From a virus (taxonomy: Duplodnaviria; Heunggongvirae; Uroviricota; Caudoviricetes), in the IMG/VR virus record IMGVR_UViG_3300028602_000005, positions 178,137-242,136 of that record: DNA of 64,000 bases. The stretch is one strand, 5' to 3'. Position numbers and translations under genes: made by a program. Positions 9,488 through 21,000 of this stretch are shown here, one piece after another. The notes beneath the pieces are model-generated. The model was not told where the DNA came from. It saw nothing but the letters and a program-made list of their open reading frames with translations, and did no database searches. The first letter of the stretch is position 1; each line of letters begins with the position of its first letter.

Positions 9488-10210
9488 CTATACAAAGTTT
9501 AATGTCAAAGATTCGGTAAATGGTCTAATATAAAAATCAAAATACCATTTTTTATCTATTTCATTACTATCAACTAAATTCAACACATGTTTTGAAATTT
9601 CTATTTTTCCATATTTTTTAAAACATATTATAAATTTATCATCCTTTGGAATTGAAAATATTTTTATGTTATTTGAATTAATCATATCTTTTCTTATTTT
9701 TTCCAAAGAATAAAATAAAATATCTTTATTTAAAAAATTTATATTTAATATTTCTTTATATACGTTTTCAATTCCATCATATTTAAATGGAATACCTTTA
9801 ACTGTTAATTGATTTTTATTATCTATGGCAATGAAGCTTTGTCTATTTCTTGAAATTAAGAAATTAACAAATATACTTTTTAATTCTATAGGTAAGATGT
9901 ATTCTGTATATTTTAAACTTCTTGTTAACATTATTCCATCATATTGTCTTAATATTAATTGATCTTCTTTTACATCGTTCTTTTTTAAAATACCATCAAT
10001 TATTTTTTTAGTAGTATCCCTTAGAAATAATGAAAGTTGTTTATTTTTCTTCTCCAATAAACCTATTTGTCGATTTCTTTCAAATTTATTTGATGGATCT
10101 ATATGTGTTACATCATAATTAATTTTTCTTAAGATATTATAATGACATGATACTATATCATAAGAATAAATATTGTTTAAAAAATAATTACATGTTGGAT
10201 TAAAATTCAT
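9488..10210 (-). CDS. Small family-B DNA polymerase palm-like protein
   Basis: YSYDIVSCHY (motif A-like), RQYDGI (motif C-like), VKG; only 240 aa. Confidence 0.45.
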   Translation of the reverse strand: MNFNPTCNYFLNNIYSYDIVSCHYNILRKINYDVTHIDPSNKFERNRQIGLLEKKNKQLSLFLRDTTKKIIDGILKKNDVKEDQLILRQYDGIMLTRSLKYTEYILPIELKSIFVNFLISRNRQSFIAIDNKNQLTVKGIPFKYDGIENVYKEILNINFLNKDILFYSLEKIRKDMINSNNIKIFSIPKDDKFIICFKKYGKIEISKHVLNLVDSNEIDKKWYFDFYIRPFTESLTLNFV

Positions 10211-10231
10211 TTGCTAAAATTCCTAATTATT

Positions 10232-10414
10232 TTACTCATTTTTGAATTTTTCTATTTTTACATTCCATGTTAATTCATAATCGAATTTATTATCTGTATC
10301 ATATATATAAAAGGCTATAATCCAATTAGATAAAGCATTAAGAATTCCTTCTTTTGCTTCTTTCATATTTTTATATGATGTTTTTTCTCCATTATCATAT
10401 TCAACAATAATCAT
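10232..10414 (-). CDS. Hypothetical protein
   Basis: 60 aa, AAGGAG RBS. Confidence 0.6.
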   Translation of the reverse strand: MIIVEYDNGEKTSYKNMKEAKEGILNALSNWIIAFYIYDTDNKFDYELTWNVKIEKFKNE

Positions 10415-10425
10415 AATAATACTCC

Positions 10426-11001
10426 TTAAAAACTAGCATAAATATCTGAAATTTTTTCTAATAAATTAGATTTAGTATTATATATCATTTCAACATAATC
10501 GATAGAATATCTTGATAATAATTCTCTGAATCCTTCAAATTTTATATCATTCATTGATTCTACACCTACATATCTACCAAGAGGTTTTCCTGTAATTAAA
10601 TTATTTAATGAAATAAAATCAAAAATACTATTTTTAATACCAGTTAAAATATACCATGAACTTAATGGTGAACTTTCAAATGTTTCTTCCCAAGGAATTT
10701 TAAAAATATCTCCAATTTTAACATCTATTTTTTTTAAATTTTCTAAAAATTTATTATGTAAAAGTTCATTTAAAAACTTTTCCACATCAAAATTTTCTAA
10801 ATGACTTTCTATGATTTTTTTAATTGATAAATTATCATCTGGACCAACACCTTTAGAAATAAGATATTTAGATAAAACATTCCAATTATTTTCATTTTTA
10901 ATAATTTTTGATAGTTTTATTAGGGTTAGAATCTCGCCTGTAATTCCTAAATATTTTCCTGTCTCTGTCTTAAAAAATTCTCCTTCCACCTTATCCTCCA
11001 T
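10426..11001 (-). CDS. Hypothetical protein
   Basis: 191 aa, translationally coupled to the upstream gene. Confidence 0.65.
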   Translation of the reverse strand: MEDKVEGEFFKTETGKYLGITGEILTLIKLSKIIKNENNWNVLSKYLISKGVGPDDNLSIKKIIESHLENFDVEKFLNELLHNKFLENLKKIDVKIGDIFKIPWEETFESSPLSSWYILTGIKNSIFDFISLNNLITGKPLGRYVGVESMNDIKFEGFRELLSRYSIDYVEMIYNTKSNLLEKISDIYASF

Positions 11002-11606
11002 TATTTTAATTTTTCATTAATAAAAAAATCTGATTCTGAAATATCACCACCGTAACATTTTAAACAAGAAATACAACTCTTACCTCCACAATTAATATAT
11101 ATGCTGTTTCTTTTTATATATGATTTATTAAAAACAGTGAAGACATGATCATATTTATCTATATCAGGTTCATCTATTTTATTAATTTTAAAAGAAGATC
11201 TAACTAAAATAAGATTCTTTGGTTTTTCATATTTTTTTATAATATCATCTCTTTTTGTCCATAAAGAAAAAGTTATATCTGAAAACCATTCTGCAATTCT
11301 AATAAAGTTTTCATAATGTAAATTATTTATTAATTCTCCAAATGAGTGAAGTCTTATTAATTTTGCAGATTTTATTTGGTCTGGAATTTCTTCTTTTTTT
11401 ATTTTTTCATTACTTAAAATCTTTAAGTTATTTTGTATATAATTTCTAAAATATTTTCTCCAATATTCATATCTGGATGAATAACATCTTGAACAAATAT
11501 TTTCTTTGTTTTCTGACATTTTTTTACAAAATGGGTTCGATAAAGAACTTGTATTTATACTCACAATATTCTCCATTTTTCCACTACCTATACTTAAATG
11601 AATCAT
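11001..11606 (-). CDS. Gp88-like protein
   Basis: C..CY, RLHSFGEL, FSLWTKR, C-terminal C...C..C..CY. Confidence 0.65.
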   Translation of the reverse strand: MIHLSIGSGKMENIVSINTSSLSNPFCKKMSENKENICSRCYSSRYEYWRKYFRNYIQNNLKILSNEKIKKEEIPDQIKSAKLIRLHSFGELINNLHYENFIRIAEWFSDITFSLWTKRDDIIKKYEKPKNLILVRSSFKINKIDEPDIDKYDHVFTVFNKSYIKRNSIYINCGGKSCISCLKCYGGDISESDFFINEKLK

Positions 11607-11667
11607 TGATAAATAAACTCCTTATATTTTTTACACGAAAAAAGTTAATTTAATAGTTAAATAATAA

Positions 11668-11704
11668 AAAGGCACATATGGATATAATATCCACATGTGC
11701 CTTT
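11668..11704 (-). terminator. Intrinsic terminator
   Basis: GGCACAT.TGGATAT/ATATCCA.ATGTGCC stem with a U-tract on the minus strand. Confidence 0.7.
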
Positions 11705-11709
11705 AATAA

Positions 11710-11898
11710 TTAATAAAGAACTAACAAATCGTTTTTAAATTTTTTAAAGTCTTCATAATCTTTTTTATCAGATAATTTACATTGATCATCTTTTAAATTA
11801 TCATAATCTATAAAATTTACTTTACAATTCAATTTTTTATCATCAGTAGAAACAGATATAACATTTCCACCAAGAATTTCTATAAACAAATTTATCAT
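11710..11898 (-). CDS. Hypothetical protein
   Basis: 62 aa, ATGA overlap. Confidence 0.6.
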   Translation of the reverse strand: MINLFIEILGGNVISVSTDDKKLNCKVNFIDYDNLKDDQCKLSDKKDYEDFKKFKNDLLVLY

Positions 11899-12704
11899 AT
11901 TATTTTTTCTAACCTTTCGGAAGTTATACCCTTCAGAACAAGATCTATTTGAATCAAATGATTAATATCAAAGAAATAGTCATATCTATCTTTTAACCAT
12001 TTAAATAAATTTTCATAAGTATTTATTGAATCTATTTGTTTACTAGATTGTTTATAAAGTAATTTTAAAGCTTCTTTATTTATTTTCATATTTAATATTC
12101 GTTCAAAACCATGATCTATTTTAAAAACAAATTTATAAAAATTATCTAATTTTGAAAGTTTTGAATCATGGTAAGGTATATCGTATTCACCAATTTTTAT
12201 ACAATCAAAAATAATAGGTGAATTTTTAAGACCATAAAATTTAACACTATATTTATCATCAATAATATAATGAATTAAAAATGTTCCATTTGGAAACACT
12301 GAGAAAGCTTTAATATCTAAATTATCAAATACTTTATATTTTGAACAATTTTTTAGAATACAAATTTCTCTCTTCTTTTTATTTAATGGTATAGTAAAAA
12401 GAAGAGTATCCTTAGAATCTATACCATCTATTTTTATATTCTCAAATTTATTTGAACTTAATTCATTCATTTTTGAAATATTTTTTAAAAGCCAATCATA
12501 AAATGGTATAAAAGAAATTTTTCTAGGTGAGTAAATCTCACTATAATCATCAGTAATATCCTTTATTATTTCATTACTTCCTTCATAAAATTCTTCATCG
12601 TCTTCATCAAATGTTTCAAATTCTCTTTTTAAAGGAATTTCACCATTTTTTGCTTTTTCATCAAAATTTTCAATTATTTTTGTTAAATTAAAATCTAAAC
12701 TCAT
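11895..12704 (-). CDS. Hypothetical protein
   Basis: 269 aa, AGGAG RBS. Confidence 0.7.
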   Translation of the reverse strand: MSLDFNLTKIIENFDEKAKNGEIPLKREFETFDEDDEEFYEGSNEIIKDITDDYSEIYSPRKISFIPFYDWLLKNISKMNELSSNKFENIKIDGIDSKDTLLFTIPLNKKKREICILKNCSKYKVFDNLDIKAFSVFPNGTFLIHYIIDDKYSVKFYGLKNSPIIFDCIKIGEYDIPYHDSKLSKLDNFYKFVFKIDHGFERILNMKINKEALKLLYKQSSKQIDSINTYENLFKWLKDRYDYFFDINHLIQIDLVLKGITSERLEKII

Positions 12705-12939
12705 TTTCTCTCCTAACCTCTTTTACTATTTTTTAATGAGAGTCATTCTTCCTTTTGTACTATGTATATAAGTTATTTTGAATTGAATGTTTTTAATCAT
12801 ATGAAATGATCCTTCATATTCATCTTTTTTTAAAAAATCTTTTTCATCTAAAGGAAATGCAGAAAGTCTATTACCTTTAGATTCAAATATTTCATATTCA
12901 CATCCATGTATTATTAATTTCTTACCTTTTTCAAATAAA

Positions 12940-13317
12940 TTATTCTCTTCCATTATCTCCATCTTCCTCATTTTTTTTCCATTTATTTTTTATTGTTCCG
13001 TTTCTCCACTTTTCATAATCTATCTCAGTAAATTCTTCAAGAATAGCACCAGATAAAGCGAAAATTTTTATTAGAACTTCATAAACATTTAAAGGAACTG
13101 ATCCTTGTTTTTCCATTTCATAACAGTTATTCATCCATTCTGGTAATTCTTCACTCCAAGGTTCAGAGAAACCCGACATTAATTTTTGACAATAATTTCC
13201 AATTAATATACTAATTAAAGCTGGTGTTATTATGGGATTATCCTTATATAGTCCAAAAATTTTCTTTTCATATTCTCTTTCTTTTTTATATAATTCGAAA
13301 ACTTCTTCTTCTCTCAA
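12940..13317 (-). CDS. Hypothetical protein (possibly MazG-like helical fold)
   Basis: EREY..., EVLIKIFALSGAILEE; AAGGAG RBS. Confidence 0.45.
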   Translation of the reverse strand: MREEEVFELYKKEREYEKKIFGLYKDNPIITPALISILIGNYCQKLMSGFSEPWSEELPEWMNNCYEMEKQGSVPLNVYEVLIKIFALSGAILEEFTEIDYEKWRNGTIKNKWKKNEEDGDNGRE

Positions 13318-13342
13318 AACACTTCTCCTTATTTTATTTTTA

Positions 13343-13786
13343 TTAATTGTTGATAATATTATTTAATAAATCTATCTGATATTCATGATATTTTTTAAAT
13401 CTTTTCGCTTCACCAATTCTTAAGATTAAATTATATTTATTTAAAATAAAATCTAAATTTTTATTTTTTATCTTAATTTCCATTTTAAATTCATTATTTG
13501 TAAATCTTTTATTTTTTATAATTAACATACCTCTTTCAAACTTAAGTGCTCTATCATATAATATATAATCGAATTCTTTAGTGTTTAAATATGATTCAAA
13601 AATAAATTCATCACAATATACTGATTTGAATCTTATTTTAATTTTATTTATTTTTGGAATCATCATATTTTTAAAAACATTTTCTTTTATTTTTTCTTCC
13701 TTTTGAATTTCATTAAATAATGAATGTTCGGCTTCTTCTAATTTTTTCTTTATTTGATTTATTTCTTTTTTAATTTCTTCAATCAT
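13343..13786 (-). CDS. Hypothetical protein
   Basis: 147 aa ORF in the operon. Confidence 0.6.
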   Translation of the reverse strand: MIEEIKKEINQIKKKLEEAEHSLFNEIQKEEKIKENVFKNMMIPKINKIKIRFKSVYCDEFIFESYLNTKEFDYILYDRALKFERGMLIIKNKRFTNNEFKMEIKIKNKNLDFILNKYNLILRIGEAKRFKKYHEYQIDLLNNIINN

Positions 13787-13790
13787 ATTT

Positions 13791-14759
13791 TCATCTACTC
13801 CTTATAACATTATTAGAAACATCAATTAAGAAATTTTCCCAAAATTTTAAATCTGCCTTACTCGGTAAATCTGATTTAATAATCAAATTTTCAATCTCTT
13901 CCATTAATTCTTCCATTTTAGGTAAAATTTCTTTATGATAATTTAATTTTCCTAATCTAATATCTCTTAAATATGAACCTTCTTTTAAAGGAAATTCTAT
14001 ATCTTTATTTATCAAAATAGATTTTATTTCTATCATAACTCTTATTGCATGACAAATAGATTTCCAATCAATTTTTTCATTATTTTCAATTTTTCTTACT
14101 CTTTCACCATAATCATCATATACGCCTTGTAGTATTTCCTTTGAATATTTTATTGTTGCTGTTTCTTGTAATCCTCTACCACAAACCATATACATTTTTA
14201 CATCATTTTTAGTAACTGAAAATTCAAAAAATTCACCATTTGGTAATTTATCCCAAATTTCTTTTATTCTTAAATATCCTTTTCCAGAATTTATATATTC
14301 GTCAAAAAAATCAATAATTTCTTTAACAGCTAAAATTCTTTCTTTTTTAACCATATATTTTGATGCTTGTTTTCTAGCATATCCTATAAAAGCTTTAAAA
14401 TTTTTTGAATATAATTTTTCTTTATTTTTGACGATTTCATCCCAAATTTCTGAACTTTTCTTTAACATTTTTTTTGGAGCATGAATCATATCCAATTGAT
14501 TTGTTTGTCCTTCACATGCTAGTTCAATAAATCTATGTAAAGAAAATAATTCAACTTCTGATTTTTCTTCTTCTGGTTTAAAAAGATTTTTATCATAATT
14601 ATTAGATATTTTTCCTAATAATATTTCTCTTTTAGATGGTAAAATAACTCCTTTATAATCATAATCAGAAGAAAGAATGTCACTTCCATATAATCGTGAA
14701 CCAAATAAAGTAACAACTACAAAGTCAGAATCTCGTTTAAATTCATTTTTTTCGAACAT
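13791..14759 (-). CDS. Pol-beta superfamily nucleotidyltransferase (phage RlaP/YcgL-like)
   Basis: FGSRLYG....SDYDYKG, F.GYA..QA, DWK...HA.R, L..IR.G. Confidence 0.8.
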   Translation of the reverse strand: MFEKNEFKRDSDFVVVTLFGSRLYGSDILSSDYDYKGVILPSKREILLGKISNNYDKNLFKPEEEKSEVELFSLHRFIELACEGQTNQLDMIHAPKKMLKKSSEIWDEIVKNKEKLYSKNFKAFIGYARKQASKYMVKKERILAVKEIIDFFDEYINSGKGYLRIKEIWDKLPNGEFFEFSVTKNDVKMYMVCGRGLQETATIKYSKEILQGVYDDYGERVRKIENNEKIDWKSICHAIRVMIEIKSILINKDIEFPLKEGSYLRDIRLGKLNYHKEILPKMEELMEEIENLIIKSDLPSKADLKFWENFLIDVSNNVIRSR

Positions 14760-15013
14760 AATTCTTTTTCCTCATCATTAAGTTTTCTTGAAGGTATTGC
14801 ATTACAAAATTCTTCTGACCAACCAAGTAATCTTTTGAGATTATTTCCAAATAGTGCTGCCTTAATAGAATCTGAATTACTCTTACCATATGTAACAATA
14901 TTTTGAGATGAATCTTCATCCACTGTCAAAATAATTATCATATCTCTGTCATATTTTTCTGCAATTTCTTTTGCTACATTTATAGGTATAAGAGTTTTTT
15001 TATATTCTTCCAT
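14717..15013 (-). CDS. Hypothetical protein
   Basis: 98 aa, IPI..AKEIAEKY, VTYG motif. Confidence 0.6.
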   Translation of the reverse strand: MEEYKKTLIPINVAKEIAEKYDRDMIIILTVDEDSSQNIVTYGKSNSDSIKAALFGNNLKRLLGWSEEFCNAIPSRKLNDEEKELCSKKMNLNEILTL

Positions 15014-15043
15014 TATTATATCCTTTTTAATTTTTAATAAATA

Positions 15044-15071
15044 AAATGGGGAGTATCTCTACTCCCCATTT
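15044..15071 (-). terminator. Intrinsic terminator
   Basis: AAATGGGGAGTA/TACTCCCCATTT perfect stem. Confidence 0.75.
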
Positions 15072-15081
15072 ATTCAAAATA

Positions 15082-16890
15082 TTAATCTTCTGATGAATAA
15101 ATATTTTTCGATTGAGTTTCTCCAACTGATCTAGATCTATGATAATTATGGATTCCAGCAGAAACAACAAAAGTAGATTCTTCAACTCCTGTTAAAGTAT
15201 TATCAAATTTTGCCATATTTCCTTTTGAAATACCATATTTATATTCTATTTCATCTAAATTCTTTCCTAAAAATGTAAATGACCATCTTCCAGTTTTTTC
15301 AAGTTCTTTTATTTTTTCCTTTATCTGATAGTCATGTTCATATTTTATAGAATGATTATTTAATCCATCTGTAAGAATTATATATAATACTGAAACTTTA
15401 GGATCATTAATATCATCAAGCTTTAACATCCCATCAATAGATAGACCTATAGCATCATTTAAAGCAGTTAATCCTTTTGGATTATAATCTTGTAATTCAA
15501 TCTTTTTCAATTTATTAACATCTTCATTCCAAAGAATAGGATCTCTTACTCTAGAACTGAAGTAAACAAGAGATACTCTTTCTTCCATTTCATTAGACCA
15601 TTTCTTTATTTCCTCAACATATTCATTGAATGAACTAACAATTTCTTCTCTTATTTTAAGCATCGAACCTGATTCATCAATTATAAACACAATATAATTT
15701 TTTAATATATTTTTTTTCTTTTCCATAAAGGATTCATAATAACTTTCAGAAACCTTTTCTGATTTAGTAAATGTTCTCTTTCTTAAAGAAACTCCATATT
15801 CACCTACTTTATTTTGAAAAAGAATAATTCTATCCCATGCTGTTCTTTGATTTGGAAATTTAAAATTACTTTCCCAAGAAATATTTTTAAACCAAGAAGG
15901 AATTCTATTTTTTCCATATTTATGATAAGCATATTCACATATTCTAGTGGAATATCTTAATGCTGGAACAACTGTATAAATGTAATATTTTCTTTTATTT
16001 ATAAGTTCTTCTATCTTTTCATTAGATTTTTCAATACTAAAAAATTTTGTATTATTTTCAGGTAAATCAATTTCCATATTAAAACATGTAACATCTATTT
16101 TCTTTATTTCACCTTTAATTTTTTCAACTTCATCATCTTTATCTTTACCATAAGAAAAATCCTTTGTTTCCTCTACATCTTTTTCAGATGGAGGAATAAA
16201 TCCTTCTTTTCTCATGTCACTTATCAGTTTTCCATAATATGTACCTTCTTCAGATAATCTATCGATAAGAGCTTTTGTTATAAAATATTTTTTAGTGAAA
16301 ATAGAAACCCATTTATTTGGATGAACAAAATATTTGAAATTAATAAGATTATTTTTATCCATTATCCCATGTTCAAGTAAAAACTCATTTTCTTTTGCAT
16401 TTTGAATAAATTCTAAGCTTGACCATGCATCATACCAATTTCCTTCAAAATCTGTGATTGAAAATGCTCTTGATGATCCAATATCTCCATCTTTGATAAC
16501 ATTTTGATCCGTTATTCTAACTGAGAATGAGAAGGTCTTTTGATTTGAAACAATACTAGTTATTTTACCATGTCTATTTTCATTATTTAAAACAACTTCA
16601 TTTTTAGATTCATTTGAACTTGATCTAATTTTTTTATAATTAGGAATATTAATTACAGCATTTCTAGTACTTAATTCAAATAAAAATGTTGATAAATCTA
16701 AATCGGTAGATATCTCACCATTAACAAAAAGTTGTCCAGGCTTTCTACTAAAAATATCACTATTCCAATAATTTAAAACTTCAGTTATTACAGCATCATC
16801 AACTGGTTTACTTAAATCCATAATGCTTTTCATAGCATCAGTATTTAAGACATTTTTTAGATCATTAGAAATTTCTTTCTTTTTAGTCAT
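15082..16890 (-). CDS. Protein with unknown N-terminal domain and C-terminal vWA domain
   Basis: MIDAS DESGSM, G.TAL.DA, ILTDG.NN, WSFTFLG. Confidence 0.8.
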   Translation of the reverse strand: MTKKKEISNDLKNVLNTDAMKSIMDLSKPVDDAVITEVLNYWNSDIFSRKPGQLFVNGEISTDLDLSTFLFELSTRNAVINIPNYKKIRSSSNESKNEVVLNNENRHGKITSIVSNQKTFSFSVRITDQNVIKDGDIGSSRAFSITDFEGNWYDAWSSLEFIQNAKENEFLLEHGIMDKNNLINFKYFVHPNKWVSIFTKKYFITKALIDRLSEEGTYYGKLISDMRKEGFIPPSEKDVEETKDFSYGKDKDDEVEKIKGEIKKIDVTCFNMEIDLPENNTKFFSIEKSNEKIEELINKRKYYIYTVVPALRYSTRICEYAYHKYGKNRIPSWFKNISWESNFKFPNQRTAWDRIILFQNKVGEYGVSLRKRTFTKSEKVSESYYESFMEKKKNILKNYIVFIIDESGSMLKIREEIVSSFNEYVEEIKKWSNEMEERVSLVYFSSRVRDPILWNEDVNKLKKIELQDYNPKGLTALNDAIGLSIDGMLKLDDINDPKVSVLYIILTDGLNNHSIKYEHDYQIKEKIKELEKTGRWSFTFLGKNLDEIEYKYGISKGNMAKFDNTLTGVEESTFVVSAGIHNYHRSRSVGETQSKNIYSSED

Positions 16891-17140
16891 TTGTATTGTT
16901 TTCCTTTCCTATAAGTTTTAAAAATGATTCACGAACTAAATTTGCACTTTTAATTTCGTTTTCTATTTCAGAATTTTCACCTTTTAGTTTTTCAATTTCG
17001 GTATCGTTTGAAGTTTTTTGGTCTGATAGATCCTTAATTCCTGCCCCCATATCATTAGACCATTGTTCAATTTTGGAAACTACTCCTTTAATTTTTTCTC
17101 TTCCTGATTCTAACTTTGTTTTTTTCTTTAAAATTTCCAT
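16883..17140 (-). CDS. Coiled-coil hypothetical protein
   Basis: 85 aa with a heptad pattern. Confidence 0.6.
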   Translation of the reverse strand: MEILKKKTKLESGREKIKGVVSKIEQWSNDMGAGIKDLSDQKTSNDTEIEKLKGENSEIENEIKSANLVRESFLKLIGKENNTND

Positions 17141-17152
17141 TTCTTTTTTCTC

Positions 17153-18019
17153 CTAAATAATATATTTTCCATTTAAACCGTTTTCAATACCTTTCCAGTT
17201 AATACTTATAGCATCACTTTTATGTATTGATTCTTCATGTCTACATTTAACTAACCAATCTATAATAAAATCACTTTCTTCTAAAACTTTTGATATTTTT
17301 CTAATACTATCCTCAACAAACATTGTATTTTCTTTCGCAATTAAAGCCATATGCATTTCATCTATCCTTTTAATTATTGGATAAGGTATTGTAACTATTT
17401 CATTTTCTATCATTTTTACCAAATCCTCTATCCATAAAGTTTTTAATTGATTTACTTCTACAATTACATTTGCAAAAGATCTTTGAGCATGTGGATATCC
17501 AATTTTTTTACTATTTATAAATGAATAATCACAAAGAGATTCTGAACAAGGACAATAAGATGCATATTGAATTTCAACTCTTTCATAAAATTTAAAACCA
17601 TTGTTTGTTAATCTTCCTTCAAAGGAACAAGGATAATAAACAGGGAAAATATATTCTGAGACAGGTGATTTTTTATCTATTGGATAATTAAAATCAAATC
17701 TTATAAAACTCTCTTTTGAATTTTCACCTATATGTGTTAAAAATGACCTTAACATTTCTTCAATTTTTTTATGTTTTAAAGGATTTGAAAGGAAAGGTAT
17801 AAGTGTCCTATGAAGTCTGGACATACTTATACCTCTCACAGAATCATTTAAATCTACACACATTGTAACATTTGATAAAATATTTATTAATTCATTATTA
17901 TAAGGTCTTTCTATTTTTATCGGAACTTGAATATTTTGAACACCCACAGTATTTATATACATTTTTATTTTAGGTTGTTCTTTTTGAATATCTGGTAAAT
18001 AATTTAAATCATCTTCCAT
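17153..18019 (-). CDS. folE2: GTP cyclohydrolase IB
   Basis: LPDIQ, VGV, RGISMSRL, CPCS, HAQRS, KR.DE, FVED..R, ESIH. Confidence 0.92.
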   Translation of the reverse strand: MEDDLNYLPDIQKEQPKIKMYINTVGVQNIQVPIKIERPYNNELINILSNVTMCVDLNDSVRGISMSRLHRTLIPFLSNPLKHKKIEEMLRSFLTHIGENSKESFIRFDFNYPIDKKSPVSEYIFPVYYPCSFEGRLTNNGFKFYERVEIQYASYCPCSESLCDYSFINSKKIGYPHAQRSFANVIVEVNQLKTLWIEDLVKMIENEIVTIPYPIIKRIDEMHMALIAKENTMFVEDSIRKISKVLEESDFIIDWLVKCRHEESIHKSDAISINWKGIENGLNGKYII

Positions 18020-18029
18020 AATATTTCAT

Positions 18030-21000
18030 TTATTTTCCCTTCAAATTAAGATTTAAAGCTGTCATATAAGCCTTTAATAATTTTACAGATTCTGGTTCCA
18101 ATAAACTATTATCTATTTCTTTGGGGAGCGAAAAATCAGGATCAATTTGAGATCTAACAAACATACTTTTAAGCTCTATACAATCAGATTTTAAAGTGAT
18201 CATTTCATTTAAATTTTCTAATCCATTATGAGCTATTATACAAGCTGTTTCCATTTCTCCACATCTTTGACCACCTTTATTTTTTCTCCCACTTATAGGT
18301 TGAAATGTTCTTCTTAAATAATTTCCACCAATGCTTCTAGCTGATAATTTTTCTTCTGCGATATGAACCATTTTAAAGAAATACATCCATCCTGTTGTTA
18401 TTTCTTCTTGTATATCTTCACCACTTATCATATCTTTTAATTTATTTCTCATCCGAGTTTGTGTATATTTTAACGCTTCTATTATTTGATCTCTATTTGA
18501 AGACTCAAAAGGTGGTTGCATTATATTTAATTTTTCTATAAATTCTTTATTTATTTCAATTTTGTCTAGCTCTTTACAAAATTGATTATAATACCAATTG
18601 CCATTAGTATTATCTATTATTTTAATGTAATCAGATAAATATTTTTTTAATTCTTCTTGATTTTCTTTTGAATATTTATTGGATAATCTTTTAAACATTT
18701 CAGTTTTAAGATCATTTAAAGATGAAGTTAAATGTAATTCAAATAATTGTCCAAAATTCATTCTGGATAAAAATCCTAATGGATTCAAACAAATATCAAC
18801 ATGTCTTCCATCTTTCAATTTTGGCATTTGATCGTAAGGTAATATATTTGAAATTGTTCCTTTGTTTCCATGTCTATTCCCTATTTTATCACCAACTTCA
18901 AGTTCTCTTGTATAAAAGGCATCTACTTTAACATATATACCATTTATTAATTCACCTTTTATTTTAAATTTTCCAGTATTATTTGAAAATTTATCTAAGC
19001 TATTATCATTTATAAAATCTTTTGCTTGTTCTTCCGGTAAATATTTATAAATTATATTTTGTAGTTTTTTCTCTTCATTTATTTGTAGTTCAACCTTTTT
19101 AGATATATAATCAGCATATCTTTTTATTGAATCATTATAAGTATTTACATAAAGTTCTACATTATAAATTAAAACATTGTTTGTTTTTTCAGTATATAAT
19201 TTTTCAGAATCTTTTAATAAAGTATAATAATCTATAGGACCATTTGGTATTTTTTTCATAATAGCATATGGCTGTTCAATATTCCTACATACATATTTTT
19301 CTAAATTTTCATTTTTACATATCTCTTTTTTAACACCAATTTCTTCAAATATTTTTTGAAAATCTGGATTAGGTAAAGGAATATAATCATTATCTGATAG
19401 ACTTAAAAGAATAGCATCTGGAGGTATAGTGAATGATAAATCTAAATGATGTATAGATCTAAATTTATGTTTTACTCTATCCGAAATAACAATTCCGTCT
19501 TCATAATTAAAGCCATGAAAAGGCATTACTGCGGTTAATAAATTTCTTCCAAAAATTATTTTTTTCTCTTCATTACTTATAAAACTACCTCTTACAATAA
19601 TATCTCCTTTTTGAAATTCAGAACCTACGTCAAGATTACTATAATAATCTAAGTTTTCAGTATAAATATTTTTTATACCTATATTGAATATTTCATCTTC
19701 GCCATCTATATATTTTACAATTATGAAATTATTATTTACAAAGACCACTTTTCCATCATTTTTTGCCAATCTTACAGATTGAGTTTTATCACTGTAAAGT
19801 GATTCAACTCCCGCTTCTATCATAGGTTTATCAAATGATGTTAAAAGAATTGCTTGTCTCATTTGCGATGCTGCCATTTGTAGTCTTGTTTGATCGTTAT
19901 TTCTTAAGAATGGTGTAAATGAAACAGGAATAGAAACTTTTTCTTCTGCCAGTTCTTCTGAAAATTTTAAATTATTATCTAATTTTACATTAGGTAATAA
20001 ATTATGAAGAATACCACAATTTTCTCTATCCGGTGTATCAACAACACAAACTCTTCCGAACATAGAATCATCTATATCTCTCAAATATCTTGGAACATTT
20101 GCCTTTTTAAAACCACCTGGTCCTAATAAACTTATTCTTGATAATTTAGTTAATTCTTCTATAGGATTTATTGAAAAATCAAATTGAATTATATCTGAAA
20201 TATTTGATTCGCTTAATATTTGTTTAGTATTTATATTAAATTTTGGTTTTCTGGTAGTTCTATTTGCTACGCAAAAATCAAAAATTATTTTGGCATATTT
20301 TGATAGTATTATATATTCAAAACATCTAACTCTTTTATTAATTAAATTTATATCATCGAATTCTTCTGATTTTATCGCATAAATTAATTCATCTATGATA
20401 TTTTCAGTATGAAAAAATTGTTTAGATGGTAAATCAATTTTACTTATAAGATCTAAAGAATACATAAAATCACTGGCTTTAGATTTATTTGAATTGAATG
20501 ATAAATATTTTGCGATATCATCTAAGAAATCTTCTTTTTTAAATCCTTCAGATCCTTCACAAAAATCTTTAAGATCATATATCAATTTTCCAAATGTTGT
20601 ATCGGTCTTAATATCTTCAGCTTTTATGTTATCTAAATCAAACATCTTACGTGTTTCTTCTATTCCATATTTACATAAAATAATTAAAACTAAAGGTACT
20701 TTTCTACCAAAAGCAGATAACCTAACAAAAGGAAATTTTTTAAATTCTTCAACAACAAATGTTAAGATATTAGTTCTTAACTTTATTGTTTTTCCTCTAG
20801 TAACTATAGGAATATCAAACATTTGAAATAATGGTAATTTCTTTTTACCACCAATAATAAAGTAATTATCATCTATCAATCTAGGTATTAATAAACTTAA
20901 ATCTATATCTTTACTATTTTTTCTTAATTTAACTATAAATTTTTGACTTATTGTTTTGAATAATTCATTTGATCTTGATTTAACATTTTTTATTCCAAAC

